Shown: positions 26,423 to 36,380 of the stretch, piece after piece
How the letters are laid out: the number at the start of each line of letters is the position of its first letter
Numbering within the stretch: the stretch's first letter is position 1
Virus record (IMG/VR): IMGVR_UViG_3300012078_000001
Coordinates: 1 to 64,000 of that record
DNA length: 64,000 nt
Strand: one strand, 5' to 3'
Source: a virus
Notes under the pieces: generated by a model
Seen by the model: only the letters and a program-made list of their open reading frames with translations
Told to the model about the DNA's origin: nothing
Databases searched by the model: none
Translations under genes and position numbers: made by a program

Positions 26423-28342
26423 TTGAAAATAAATTATTCGTACACACCAGATTTTATAGACTTCTTTAAGGGATTACAAAGTATTTCTTATGGTAAAGAA
26501 TTAGCTAATCTTGATGGAATTGGAAAACAACTTGATATAGCTGAATTTTCAAGACAGTTTTTTGGCAAAGTTGGTGATAATGGTACAACTGCTGATATTA
26601 GCATTGATGCAAATTCAAATGTGGATGATGTTAGTATAATTGCCTATGAAGCAGAAATAGCTAAACCAATAGGCAAGCTTAACGCTTATTATTTCTTATA
26701 TACAACTGCAAAAGAATTATACGGCGAAAATACTGCAAGAGAAATTATTTGTGGTCAGTTTTCTAAAGATTATTATATAAATGATTTCTTTGCTTTCAAT
26801 AAGCCTTATTGTTTCAATTTTAGTTGTGTTGATGTTATGTTTAGCGGCTTACCTTTTGTACAGAAGATTAAATCTAATCCACCAAAACATTTAAGTTCCT
26901 TTATGGGACAAATGATACAGTTTATAACATATGCGTCAAACAGTGTGGCTGGTGCTGTTGGTCTTGCTGACCTAATAATTTGTGCATCATTTTATGTAGA
27001 GAAAATGTTAAAAGAAAGCAAAGGCGTTCCCAAAGCGTACCTCTGGAAAAGTATTAAGCAAGAATTTCAAAGCTTTATCTATAGCGTCAACCAACCTTTT
27101 AGGGGTGGCAATCAATCTGCATTTACAAATATAAGTGTTTACGATGATTACTTTCTGGACAGTCTGTGTGAACAATATTATATGCCAGATGGAAGTCAAC
27201 CTAATAAAGCATTAATCAAAAAACTGCAAATTCTATTCCTTGATCTTATGAATGAAACACTGGCTCAAACCCCTGCAACTTTCCCTGTAACTACTGCTTG
27301 CTTTAGTGTTACTGATAATCGCAAAGTTCGCGACAAGAAATTTCTAAAGATGATCATGAAGAAAAACATCAAATTTGGATTTATCAATCTTTATGCAGGG
27401 AAAACAAGCACACTTTCTTCATGTTGTCGTTTGCGGTCTGAAAGCGACAATGAGTATTTTAATGCTTTTGGTAGTGGTGGTACTAAGATTGGCTCGTTAG
27501 GTGTTGTAACGCTTAATCTTCCGCGATTAGCTGTTAGTGCAGATGGTGATATTGATACATTTCTACAATCACTATCGCATTATACTTCATTAGCTGCAAA
27601 AATAAACCATGCAAAGCGAACATTAATTAGTGAACGAATTGCAAATGGTAACTTACCACTCTACACATTAGGATTCATGGATATTAACAAACAGTATAGC
27701 ACCTGCGGTTTGGTTGGTATTAATGAAGCATGTGAAATAATGGGTATGCCACTAATTCGTAATGATGGGGCAATTAATAAAGATGGCGTAGAAATGGTTA
27801 AACGTATTTTGGAAATTGTCAATGGTACTAATAAATATTATCAAAACAAATTTAAAACACCTCACAATTGCGAACAAACACCTTCTGAAAACTCAGCGAT
27901 TAAGTTGGCACAAGCAGATAAATTGCTAGGATTTCAACAAAGATTTGACTTATATAGTAATCAGTTTATTCCTCTTACTACTCAGGCTGCAATGATGGAC
28001 AGGCTAAAGTTACAAGGGAAGTTTGACCAATATATGACTGGTGGTGCAATCTGTCATATTAATATTGCTGACGAACCTAACGAAAATCATATTCCCTTTA
28101 TGATGAAAGTTTTCCAAAAAGCTGTTGAATATGGTGTGATCTACTGCGCTTACAACTACAATATGCAGCGTTGTAGCGAGGGACATATTAGTGTTGGAAA
28201 GCGTGATATGTGTCCTCTTTGTGGAAAGGAAATTCAAGAAAATTTTACAAGAGTTGTTGGTTTTTTAGTTAATGTTAAAAACTGGCACAAGGTAAGGCGT
28301 GATCAGGATTATCCTAATCGTCAGTTCTATACTGGAGGTTAA
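26423..28342 (+). CDS. nrdD: anaerobic ribonucleoside-triphosphate reductase
   Basis: About 640 aa; C-terminal Zn site CSEGH...CPLCG and glycyl-radical region RVVGFL. Start set to TTG 26423, behind GGAGGG; the track start 26408 overlaps the RBS. Confidence 0.9.
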   Translation: MKINYSYTPDFIDFFKGLQSISYGKELANLDGIGKQLDIAEFSRQFFGKVGDNGTTADISIDANSNVDDVSIIAYEAEIAKPIGKLNAYYFLYTTAKELYGENTAREIICGQFSKDYYINDFFAFNKPYCFNFSCVDVMFSGLPFVQKIKSNPPKHLSSFMGQMIQFITYASNSVAGAVGLADLIICASFYVEKMLKESKGVPKAYLWKSIKQEFQSFIYSVNQPFRGGNQSAFTNISVYDDYFLDSLCEQYYMPDGSQPNKALIKKLQILFLDLMNETLAQTPATFPVTTACFSVTDNRKVRDKKFLKMIMKKNIKFGFINLYAGKTSTLSSCCRLRSESDNEYFNAFGSGGTKIGSLGVVTLNLPRLAVSADGDIDTFLQSLSHYTSLAAKINHAKRTLISERIANGNLPLYTLGFMDINKQYSTCGLVGINEACEIMGMPLIRNDGAINKDGVEMVKRILEIVNGTNKYYQNKFKTPHNCEQTPSENSAIKLAQADKLLGFQQRFDLYSNQFIPLTTQAAMMDRLKLQGKFDQYMTGGAICHINIADEPNENHIPFMMKVFQKAVEYGVIYCAYNYNMQRCSEGHISVGKRDMCPLCGKEIQENFTRVVGFLVNVKNWHKVRRDQDYPNRQFYTGG

Positions 28343-28343
28343 T

Positions 28344-28544
28344 ATGAAAATTATAACTCGCAATTCTACCTACGAAATTAAGGGAAATACCCTTCTTCGC
28401 AATGGCGAAGTCTATACTGATAAAATTCTTTTTCATAATAGTAACCCAGCAATTGGCGGTAGGTTGTATGTTGAATATGAAGATTCTAATGGTTGTCGTT
28501 ACTATATGAATACCTCTGCAATTCAAGATGTGATAGCGGATTGA
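28344..28544 (+). CDS. 66-aa hypothetical protein between nrdD and nrdG
   Basis: GGAGG RBS then ATG 28344. Confidence 0.5.
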   Translation: MKIITRNSTYEIKGNTLLRNGEVYTDKILFHNSNPAIGGRLYVEYEDSNGCRYYMNTSAIQDVIAD

Positions 28545-28996
28545 ACATTGCTGGTGAACAATTCCCTACCTTTAATGCCTATAATGGCAAGGTAGCTTAT
28601 GAAATTTTTGTGTCTGGTTGTGACAACCATTGTTTTGGTTGTCACAACCCAGAACTACAAAACTTTCAACATGGAACATCTGTTGAAAGATATGTTTATG
28701 AACTATATAAACGCATGAATGAAGCGCGAAATATGTTTGATATTATCGCAATCCTTGGTGGTGACTTACATAGTCAAAATGTCTTAGATGCTGCATTATT
28801 TATTATGTTTTTGCGTACTAAATTTCATGATAAAGAGTTTTGGCTATTTACTGGTTGTGAATTAGATAATTTACACGAGTATGAAAAAGATATGTTCGAC
28901 GTTATAAAAACAGGTAAATACATTCAAGAACTACATCAGGAAGGGTTTCCAGCGTCAAGTAATCAAAAAATATTGCGAAAAGGCGTTGATTATTAA
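28541..28996 (+). CDS. nrdG: anaerobic RNR activating radical-SAM protein
   Basis: CDNHCFGCHN (CxxxCxxC) cluster; TTG 28541 overlaps the upstream TGA; start uncertain (track TTG 28493). Confidence 0.8.
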   Translation: MNIAGEQFPTFNAYNGKVAYEIFVSGCDNHCFGCHNPELQNFQHGTSVERYVYELYKRMNEARNMFDIIAILGGDLHSQNVLDAALFIMFLRTKFHDKEFWLFTGCELDNLHEYEKDMFDVIKTGKYIQELHQEGFPASSNQKILRKGVDY

Positions 28997-29219
28997 TGAA
29001 GAAATGGTATGAAAAATGGGCTAAAAAAATAGATTTACCATAAATAAAGATAACGAAAAATTGATTTTATCTGGTCTTGTGGCAAATCAGGATAAACATG
29101 GAGCAACATTTTGTCCCTGTAAGACTGAATTAATCGCCGACAATATTTGTCCATGTGATCAAATTCGCACATTAAGAGAATGCCACTGCGGATTATTCGT
29201 AGAACTGGAAAAGAAGTAA
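28996..29219 (+). pseudogene. ferredoxin-thioredoxin-reductase catalytic-subunit-like gene split by a -1 frame change at an A7 run
   Basis: MKKWYEKWAKK (frame of 28996) stops at 29041. The -1 frame continues NRFTINKDNEKLILSGLVANQDKHGATFCPCK..ICPCD..CHCGLF to TAA 29217-29219. A-run at 29023-29029. Confidence 0.6.
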
Positions 29220-29235
29220 GGAGTGTAAATAATTA

Positions 29236-29877
29236 TTGATTAATGTATTAAATGCTGGATATGTTAAACTCTTAGACTCAATGGGTGGCGATAAGTCTAT
29301 TGTCGAAGGTGCAAGAGTCTGTTTTAATACTGGGGGCAACAATCTTGCAGATCGTAAATTAATACAAATGCTTATTCGTGAGAAACATAACTCACCCCTC
29401 GAACATTGCACAATGACTTTTGAAGTTAAACTTCCGCTTTTTGTTCGTGATCACTGGGTTAGACACAGAATAGGCATGTCTTACAATATTAAATCATTGC
29501 GATATTGCGAAGCAGAACCAGAATTTTTTATTCCACAAGAGTTAAAAATAGGCTCAGAGGAATATAAGCAATGGGTTACTGCTAGTGAAAGTAGTATTAA
29601 TGATTATCTTACTTGGGTGGAATGTTTTTTTAAAAAAGGTATGTCAAATTTAAGATCAAGAGAACTTGCCAGGACAAAGTTGCCAACTGAAATATATACT
29701 AAGATGATAGTTACAATGAATGCAGCAAGTTTAATTCACTTTTTGAACTTACGCGATAATGCTCATGCACAGCCTGAGACACAATTGTATGCAAAAGCAT
29801 TACTTCAATTAGCTAAAAGGGTAGCTCCTGTTACTTTTACTTCGTATGAAATGTTGAAACTCAAGAGGGAGATTTAG
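29236..29877 (+). CDS. thyX: flavin-dependent thymidylate synthase
   Basis: ThyX motif RHRIGMSYNIKSLRY; TTG start. Confidence 0.9.
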   Translation: MINVLNAGYVKLLDSMGGDKSIVEGARVCFNTGGNNLADRKLIQMLIREKHNSPLEHCTMTFEVKLPLFVRDHWVRHRIGMSYNIKSLRYCEAEPEFFIPQELKIGSEEYKQWVTASESSINDYLTWVECFFKKGMSNLRSRELARTKLPTEIYTKMIVTMNAASLIHFLNLRDNAHAQPETQLYAKALLQLAKRVAPVTFTSYEMLKLKREI

Positions 29878-30318
29878 ATGCTTAGAAAATATGTAATAAA
29901 GAATATTGCTACTGGTGAATTTAGAATAAGACTATATACAAAAGAAGAAGCTATCCAGCAAATTAATAAATTACTTATATATCAACCTCATAGTAAATTT
30001 GCTATTCACGCAATAACTGAAAAGCCAGTATATGCTATAGAAGATAAACTGGTTGCTACAATTCCTGGACTTCCTGAGTATAGTGACGATGAATCTAAAG
30101 AATATATAGTTACTGCTAAGTCAAAAGATGGTCAAGACATTTTTATTATAGACTCTGGCTTAACAAAAACAGAAGCGATTAAAACTGCAAAGAAAGTAGC
30201 TTTAAAGCAGTTAGACTATCAACATGCAGTTTTATCATTGTATGGCGGTCATGCTCATGAAGTTCTTGTGGAAAATCATTATTACTTAGAGGAGTTTAAA
30301 AATAATGAAGCTATCTAA
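29878..30318 (+). CDS. hypothetical protein, two copies of a ~45-aa T(K/R)EEA...YP... module
   Basis: Paralogous to the next two ORFs. Confidence 0.5.
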   Translation: MLRKYVIKNIATGEFRIRLYTKEEAIQQINKLLIYQPHSKFAIHAITEKPVYAIEDKLVATIPGLPEYSDDESKEYIVTAKSKDGQDIFIIDSGLTKTEAIKTAKKVALKQLDYQHAVLSLYGGHAHEVLVENHYYLEEFKNNEAI

Positions 30319-30523
30319 TACTTACAGTATATTTAATAAATTAGCAGGAAATTATGTTAAAAAAGATGGGAAAACTCTATTAACTAAAAATGAAGCTATT
30401 ACACATGCTAAGTATTTAAAAAGAAATTATCCAGAAATAGAATTCCAAGTATTTGAAATCTCCAGTTATTATCCTGTTCATATGACGACTGTTGCGAAAG
30501 TTGAGGGTATGCCAAATGCGTAA
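30305..30523 (+). CDS. hypothetical protein, same small-module family
   Basis: LTKNEAITHAKYLKRNYPEIEFQVFEI. Confidence 0.5.
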   Translation: MKLSNTYSIFNKLAGNYVKKDGKTLLTKNEAITHAKYLKRNYPEIEFQVFEISSYYPVHMTTVAKVEGMPNA

Positions 30524-30749
30524 AGATTTTATAGTTACTTGCATGGATGAAAAAGACGACGAAAAGAAAATTCTACTGTTGGATTTTGGCGATAACCAAT
30601 TTCAAGCAACTAGAGAAGAAGCCTTGTATTATGCTTGTGAATTAGCTAAACAATACCCTCATGTTAGCTACATGGTTATGTCTTTGCGTGGTTGTAAGCC
30701 ACATAAGGTAGTACAACATGATATATTAACTGTAGAGGGACTTGAATAA
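30516..30749 (+). CDS. hypothetical protein, same small-module family
   Basis: Start moved to ATG 30516, behind GAGGG; ATREEALYYACELAKQYPHVSYMVMSL. Confidence 0.5.
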   Translation: MRKDFIVTCMDEKDDEKKILLLDFGDNQFQATREEALYYACELAKQYPHVSYMVMSLRGCKPHKVVQHDILTVEGLE

Positions 30750-31027
30750 TGTTTGACGTTCTAGGTAGAGAAGTAAAAGAAAATGATCTAGTTCTTGGTA
30801 TGGTTATTAGTCGCGATAGTGATGGTATCCGCTTTGGTGTGTCTGATGGGAAAAGCGTTACTTGGTCTACGCGTAATTGTGGGTGTACTTTTAAAAGTGT
30901 CATGAGTAATATATACCTTATCGAAAATCCATCAGAGAAAGAACTTGAAATTAAGCAACAAATTGTTTGTTTAATTGAGAAATCTAAACAAGAGCAATTA
31001 GAAAAAAACTCAAAAGAAAAGCGGTAA
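30749..31027 (+). CDS. hypothetical protein (92 aa)
   Basis: TAATG-coupled ORF. Confidence 0.45.
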   Translation: MFDVLGREVKENDLVLGMVISRDSDGIRFGVSDGKSVTWSTRNCGCTFKSVMSNIYLIENPSEKELEIKQQIVCLIEKSKQEQLEKNSKEKR

Positions 31028-31047
31028 AGCGAATACCTACTAAAGAA

Positions 31048-31383
31048 TTGGTTATTGGCGGTTCTTATGCTGATGATAGAGGTTGCGAATATATCTATCT
31101 TGGTAAAGGTAGTGTTTATAGTGACCATGATGATAAATTTTTAGAAGGGTATATATATTTATACAGTTTACATGATTATAATAGTGAAACTGATATTTTC
31201 ACTTATTTACCTTGTGTTAATGTGTTAAAAAACCCTAGAAAATTAATTAAGGAAATAGATCCACCTCTAACTAGTTATCAATTTATTAAAAACGAATTTA
31301 CTTTAATTAGCGAACACCGCCGCTTTACTCCCAATAGAACAATTAAAAGAACACTAAAATTTAAATTGGAGGGTCTTAAATAA
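31048..31383 (+). CDS. hypothetical protein (111 aa)
   Basis: ORF in the operon; TTG start uncertain. Confidence 0.4.
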   Translation: MVIGGSYADDRGCEYIYLGKGSVYSDHDDKFLEGYIYLYSLHDYNSETDIFTYLPCVNVLKNPRKLIKEIDPPLTSYQFIKNEFTLISEHRRFTPNRTIKRTLKFKLEGLK

Positions 31384-31901
31384 TGGAAAGCACAAATGAA
31401 CTCACCAATCCTGCTGATGCACCTATAAAGCCTAAAAAACGTATAGCTAAAGCTGAACAAACTATGAACACTGCTTTAGAAATTAAAGTTAAGTATTTTG
31501 ATCAGGCGTGTAAACTAGAAAAGATTGAAAAGGGCGATTGGATTGACGTTCGTTCTGCGGTTACTAAGCAATATGTGCGCGGTGAATTTTTCCTTATTCC
31601 ACTTGGTTTCGCTTGCGAACTACCAACAGGATATGAAGCTCATGTTGCTCCCAGAGGTTCGACTTTTAAGAACTATGGCATTATTGAAACTAATTCTGTA
31701 GGTGTGGTTGATGAAAGCTATAAAGGTGATAACGATCAATGGTTTATGCCAGTTCTCGCTATGCGTGATGGTGTGATTTACAAGGGCGAACGTGTTGGGC
31801 AATTTCGCTTAGTAGAAAAAATGCCACCTGTTAAAATTACTGAGGTCGAACATCTTGGTAATAATGATAGGGGTGGACATGGAAGTACAGGGGTTAAGTA
31901 A
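31383..31901 (+). CDS. dut: trimeric dUTPase
   Basis: [19 protein letters not shown] and C-terminal RGGHGSTG motifs. Confidence 0.85.
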   Translation: MESTNELTNPADAPIKPKKRIAKAEQTMNTALEIKVKYFDQACKLEKIEKGDWIDVRSAVTKQYVRGEFFLIPLGFACELPTGYEAHVAPRGSTFKNYGIIETNSVGVVDESYKGDNDQWFMPVLAMRDGVIYKGERVGQFRLVEKMPPVKITEVEHLGNNDRGGHGSTGVK

Positions 31902-31904
31902 TAT

Positions 31905-32210
31905 TTGATATATTATTTTCTAGTAGATTTCAACAACAAGGGACATTATTATAAATTTGGTATTGAAACTGACGAAAGCAAAGAAGTTGTTGAAAAATAT
32001 CTACAAGGATTTTCCCATGATGTGCGGTTTCTAAAAGAACAAAAGGAACGCACTAGGAAAGATAGGGGTGATCGTCTGTGTCCTGTAGGGGTAATATGTT
32101 TCTGTAAGTATCAGTACGATAAATATAACACCTTTCTCAAAAATGTAACTAAGTCCAATATTGATAATCGTCACACTATAGTAATCACACAGGATGAACA
32201 AGATGGATAG
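31905..32210 (+). CDS. hypothetical protein (101 aa)
   Basis: ORF in the operon. Confidence 0.45.
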   Translation: MIYYFLVDFNNKGHYYKFGIETDESKEVVEKYLQGFSHDVRFLKEQKERTRKDRGDRLCPVGVICFCKYQYDKYNTFLKNVTKSNIDNRHTIVITQDEQDG

Positions 32211-32925
32211 ATTGGCAAAACTCATTGATAATTATAATTGCGGCATAATCCCTCTTGAGCGATTACAAAGCGAACTAGAATTTGCACAATGGCAAGAGGA
32301 AACAGAGCAAGGTCGTAAGCGTGATGCTATTGTGCTGATGATAAAGAATAACATGTACAATTCTCTGAGTGTCTTAACTACTAAGACACCAGAGGAAATT
32401 GTACTTGAAGAAGAAAAGCAATCTGAAATTCTTGAAATGTTATCTAGTATTCGTGAAGTAATTGGCGATAGGGATTATAAAATTCTTACTCTCTATGTTG
32501 TTGATAAATTAACGCAACAAAGAATTGCAAAGTCCTTTAACCTGACTCAGCAACAGGTAAATAAAATTCTTCTCTATAGTATTAAGAGAAGAATTAACCA
32601 AAAGAGATGTAATTATCCTCAATATTTCACTATATTATGTAGGGAAAATTTACTGCCAAAGCAAAGTCAACTAGAAGCACGTTCACCTGAGACAAAGGGT
32701 TATCCTTTTGAATTCTTACAGAAGGTATCTGTATCTGGGAGTTGGCAAATTCGTCAGAAAAAATATGCTATAACACTTCAAAATGGCAATACTGTTAAGG
32801 GTAAAATTGGTAAACGAACATATGTTTCTAATAGTATATGTCTACTCCCTGAGTATTTTAAAGAATCCTTTCGCGATAAAAAAACTGTCTGTCCTATCTG
32901 TGATAAATGTAAGCGTCAAATATAG
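32194..32925 (+). CDS. sigma-70-family-like transcription factor with a C-terminal CxxC..CxxC tail
   Basis: Region-4-like HTH LTQQRIAKSFNLTQQQVNKILLYSIKRRI; ends CPICDKCKRQI. Confidence 0.5.
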   Translation: MNKMDRLAKLIDNYNCGIIPLERLQSELEFAQWQEETEQGRKRDAIVLMIKNNMYNSLSVLTTKTPEEIVLEEEKQSEILEMLSSIREVIGDRDYKILTLYVVDKLTQQRIAKSFNLTQQQVNKILLYSIKRRINQKRCNYPQYFTILCRENLLPKQSQLEARSPETKGYPFEFLQKVSVSGSWQIRQKKYAITLQNGNTVKGKIGKRTYVSNSICLLPEYFKESFRDKKTVCPICDKCKRQI

Positions 32926-32936
32926 GGAGGATTATA

Positions 32937-33680
32937 TTGGCAAAACAATATTCAAAACAGCAAATACATATTGATAATAAATATGATTGGACTGTTAAAC
33001 AGTTATATGATTCAACAACAAGTGATAGGTTTTATGGTCAGCTTGATCATCGCCAACTAGAAGCGTATGCATGTCTTATAGGTAAACAATATAATATAAT
33101 TATATTTGACGAAAAGGCAGGCTGCGGTAAAACAACTCTTGCATTCCTTGCAGGACTTAATATGCTTAGAACAGGTAAAGTTGCTAAAATTATATATATA
33201 AGAATACCAGACGAACGTGCTTTAAGATTAGGTTATGTTCCTGGTGAACTTAATGAAAAAGAAGCAATATTTATGTTTCCTGCATATGACGCACTCTTGG
33301 TTAATGGGTTACAGCCTTATGCTGTAGATACCTTAAAATCAAAAGGGTTAATTGAGTTCTGTACTGACACTACAATGCGTGGGCGTAACTTAGAAAACGC
33401 TTATGTTATTATAGATGAGCCACAAAATGCAGACCTAGAAACACTCAAATTACTACTTACACGCCTACATGATAACTGTAAGTGTGTCTTGTCTGGGCAT
33501 TCTGGACAAGTGGACAGTAAGTTACCCAAATATGGCATACAAGGGTATAATGCGTTTAAAGTATATCAGGCACATTTATTACAAAAACCTTGGGCTATCA
33601 AGTGTGTCTTACCTATTAATTACAGAGGTAAAGTGTCTCGATGGGCTGACGAAGTTGACGAAACAGTAAAGTTCCTATAA
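32937..33680 (+). CDS. phoH: PhoH-family ATPase
   Basis: Walker A DEKAGCGKTTLA, Walker B VIIDEPQN. Confidence 0.85.
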   Translation: MAKQYSKQQIHIDNKYDWTVKQLYDSTTSDRFYGQLDHRQLEAYACLIGKQYNIIIFDEKAGCGKTTLAFLAGLNMLRTGKVAKIIYIRIPDERALRLGYVPGELNEKEAIFMFPAYDALLVNGLQPYAVDTLKSKGLIEFCTDTTMRGRNLENAYVIIDEPQNADLETLKLLLTRLHDNCKCVLSGHSGQVDSKLPKYGIQGYNAFKVYQAHLLQKPWAIKCVLPINYRGKVSRWADEVDETVKFL

Positions 33681-33737
33681 AAACAAAAACAACCCCTCCA
33701 ACCTCAATTAAGAGAAAGGAGGGGTTGTTTTTGTTTT
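33681..33737. terminator. bidirectional terminator between phoH and the accessory arm
   Basis: AAACAAAAACAACCCCTCC / GGAGGGGTTGTTTTTGTTTT long stem. Confidence 0.75.
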
Positions 33738-34720
33738 TATGCCGCCAATTGTTTGATAACTTTATACGTTTTATCAAGTAAATCATGACCTATTACAATT
33801 CTTTCAAAATGTAATTCTTTAGTTCTTATAGTTGGTTTTTTAACTGTTACTACATGGTCAGCGAAGTCAGCAACAGCATTTATAACGCCCCATGTATTAT
33901 TACGATGATTTGCAAGGTTATCTACCTTCAATCGTTCCCATACTTGGTAACGCTGTAGCTCAATATTCTTTTTAGCTTGGTCTGCCTTGTCTGAATCAGG
34001 AATAGGTAGAATTGTTTCAACTATCTTTTGAATTTGATCATCATTAACTTTAATACCAGCTAATACCTCTGCTTCTTTCTGTAGGGCAGTTTTATAGCTG
34101 TTAGAAATTGACAAGATGCGTTTTGCTTCGTTAATCTTCTCTTGAATATCGCCAGTGTGTCTTATTTTTACCGCACGAACTGCGGTATTGAGAGCAAAGT
34201 TAAGTGTATTCATACAAACAACTCTAATGGGCGTAAGTAATACTCTAGCACTTGAACTCCCATCGTGAGCGTTCATCATGACAATGTATTGAGCAGTATC
34301 ATCACCTAATAGTTCATAATTAGGTAACTTTGCGGTCATCCAGACCTTTTTACCTTTTTGCAAACTACCTGCTGTTTCGTAAACTAGTCCATCTCCTAGT
34401 AGAGCGTCCATAAAGCTAAAGCATTCATGATTTTGAATTGGTTCATATCTACCACGAACAATACCTAGAATAGATGCGTCTGATTGACGAACTACTGCAC
34501 TATAATCTTCAATCACTTGTGGTCTTGGTTCTAGTTTTCCATTTTCGACATAGCCATGATTATATACATACATATTTTGTAATTTAACTATCCAATCAAG
34601 ACCTGCCACAACTAAGGCTTTATCTGATGTTGGGGCTTCTGAAACCTCAGTACCCAGACCATGCCAAGGTGTTTGTCCGAAGTAAAACATGTTTTCAAGT
34701 TCGTGCGCCATTATTGACAT
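33737..34720 (-). CDS. DUF932 / phage-plasmid-like protein (TIGR03299-type)
   Basis: N-terminal HELENMFYFGQTPWHGLGTEV...AGLDW.V signature; 327 aa. Confidence 0.7.
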   Translation of the reverse strand: MSIMAHELENMFYFGQTPWHGLGTEVSEAPTSDKALVVAGLDWIVKLQNMYVYNHGYVENGKLEPRPQVIEDYSAVVRQSDASILGIVRGRYEPIQNHECFSFMDALLGDGLVYETAGSLQKGKKVWMTAKLPNYELLGDDTAQYIVMMNAHDGSSSARVLLTPIRVVCMNTLNFALNTAVRAVKIRHTGDIQEKINEAKRILSISNSYKTALQKEAEVLAGIKVNDDQIQKIVETILPIPDSDKADQAKKNIELQRYQVWERLKVDNLANHRNNTWGVINAVADFADHVVTVKKPTIRTKELHFERIVIGHDLLDKTYKVIKQLAA

Positions 34721-34800
34721 ACCTCCCTAATAATACTACTATCACCTAATTATAACATTCATATATAATGTGGGTCAAACGTGTTTTTAATAAAAATATT

Positions 34801-34829
34801 AAGGGAGAAGGACTGACATCCTCTCCCTT
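34801..34829 (-). terminator. terminator after the DUF262 gene
   Basis: AAGGGAGA(A)GGA / TCCTCTCCCTT stem. Confidence 0.55.
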
Positions 34830-34842
34830 AAAAGTGCGTATT

Positions 34843-36222
34843 CTATTCAAATTCGACTTCTGCGTCTGGGTCAATCACTGCTGTTCCCTCAGTATTTTGT
34901 TCTGTTTGTTGGAACATGTCAGTGCCTAATATTTCCTCAGTTTTGATTGCTTCTGTTTTAATTTCCTGAGTTACTTCTGGGACTACTGTGTCAGCAACTT
35001 CATCTATCGTAATTTCTTCGTAAGTAACTTCCCAGGGGGTAGAAGGGTAGTTGAAAAATGAGAAGTATTCTTTGATTTGTTCTAGGCGAATTTTGACATT
35101 GGTACTCTGTGCAACACCAGCAGCGCAAGCATTCTTATAAGCCTGACCTCTGTTTTTAAACCAATCAATGATATTATCAGCAGTGCGAGCAGGGTCAACC
35201 ACTGGATTAAGAACAGTAAACAACATTGGAATATGCGTTGTGCGATAAATTTTCTTGCGATCTTTTTCAGCAAGTGGAATATTACCCAGATAATTTGTAA
35301 TTGCTATTAATTTTTCAATCGTATTAACATGTATATCTGAGTGGATACCAGTGTCGCGCAACCACTTTGCATATGAGCCTATATTGTCGATACTTAATTC
35401 AGTTTCATCATTAAGTATCATCATAGTTGCTAGAATAACTTGATGCGAAACGAAATGCGTACGCTCTCTTGCAGTCCATGCAGCTAACTCAGACCAGAAC
35501 TTCATCTTGGCAACTTGATCAACAAATTCCATTACCTCTGTTCCAATTTCTGCACGAATTTTCTCGAATTTTGTTAGTTGAGTACCATTATTAAGACGAA
35601 TAAATATATCAGTAATAATATTTGGGTCTTGGTCACGACAAATTTGAAAGTCAATGCTGTAGCTTAGAATTTCATCTTGAAGATTAGGGTGAAGTTCGCT
35701 GAACAGTTTACCAGCAATTTCACAACTAAATACAGCAGGTGTTTTCTTGTCTAGGCGAAAACCATCATTGAGGAAATTTATGATTGTAGTTAAACGCTGT
35801 TTACCATCTAAGATATGTAGAACATCGTTGCGGTCTTTGTCCCAGGCAAATACTTGGGGAATAGGAAAATTAACAATAAGTGAATTGATAAATAGTGACA
35901 TTTGGAATGAATTCCAAACTTCGCCGCGCTGAATCGCAAGATCAAAATTAAGTTCTCCTGCATCTGATTTGGTTTTTACTTTCCTAATAGTTAAGTTTTG
36001 GTTATTTCTGTTCATAGCTTTTTTATGAGCCATTGCTTCTACAAAATCAGGCACTTCTTCAACGAAACCAGTTGCGAGTTCCTCTGCTTCTGTATTTTCA
36101 ATACCTACAGTTAGTTCTTGATCAGGGTCAATAATAAGGGTAGCTTCGCGACTTTTGATTACCTCGTTTGCTTTCTTGTTGATCATAGTAACTTTGTTGT
36201 TGTTCTTTTTAGCCATTGACAA
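34843..36222 (-). CDS. DUF262 (ParB-like nuclease fold) protein without a recognisable DUF1524/HNH half
   Basis: IQRGEVW ... LDGKQRLTTI motifs; 459 aa; acidic tail. Confidence 0.75.
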   Translation of the reverse strand: MSMAKKNNNKVTMINKKANEVIKSREATLIIDPDQELTVGIENTEAEELATGFVEEVPDFVEAMAHKKAMNRNNQNLTIRKVKTKSDAGELNFDLAIQRGEVWNSFQMSLFINSLIVNFPIPQVFAWDKDRNDVLHILDGKQRLTTIINFLNDGFRLDKKTPAVFSCEIAGKLFSELHPNLQDEILSYSIDFQICRDQDPNIITDIFIRLNNGTQLTKFEKIRAEIGTEVMEFVDQVAKMKFWSELAAWTARERTHFVSHQVILATMMILNDETELSIDNIGSYAKWLRDTGIHSDIHVNTIEKLIAITNYLGNIPLAEKDRKKIYRTTHIPMLFTVLNPVVDPARTADNIIDWFKNRGQAYKNACAAGVAQSTNVKIRLEQIKEYFSFFNYPSTPWEVTYEEITIDEVADTVVPEVTQEIKTEAIKTEEILGTDMFQQTEQNTEGTAVIDPDAEVEFE

Positions 36223-36304
36223 TCAACTCTCCTTTTAGCTATTCGCCACTCAATTTAGATAATCCGCATGAAAATTATAACATATGGATTTCGTTATATC
36301 AATA

Positions 36305-36315
36305 CCCCGAAGGGG
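36305..36315 (+). repeat. C-GNA-G mini-hairpin CCCCGAAGGGG
   Basis: Upstream of the DUF262 unit; followed by AAAATA. Confidence 0.6.
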
Positions 36316-36380
36316 AAAATAAGCTTTTACTCTCCCCTTTGGTAAAGTTGTTTTTTTGATATTTTTATATATGAGCATTA

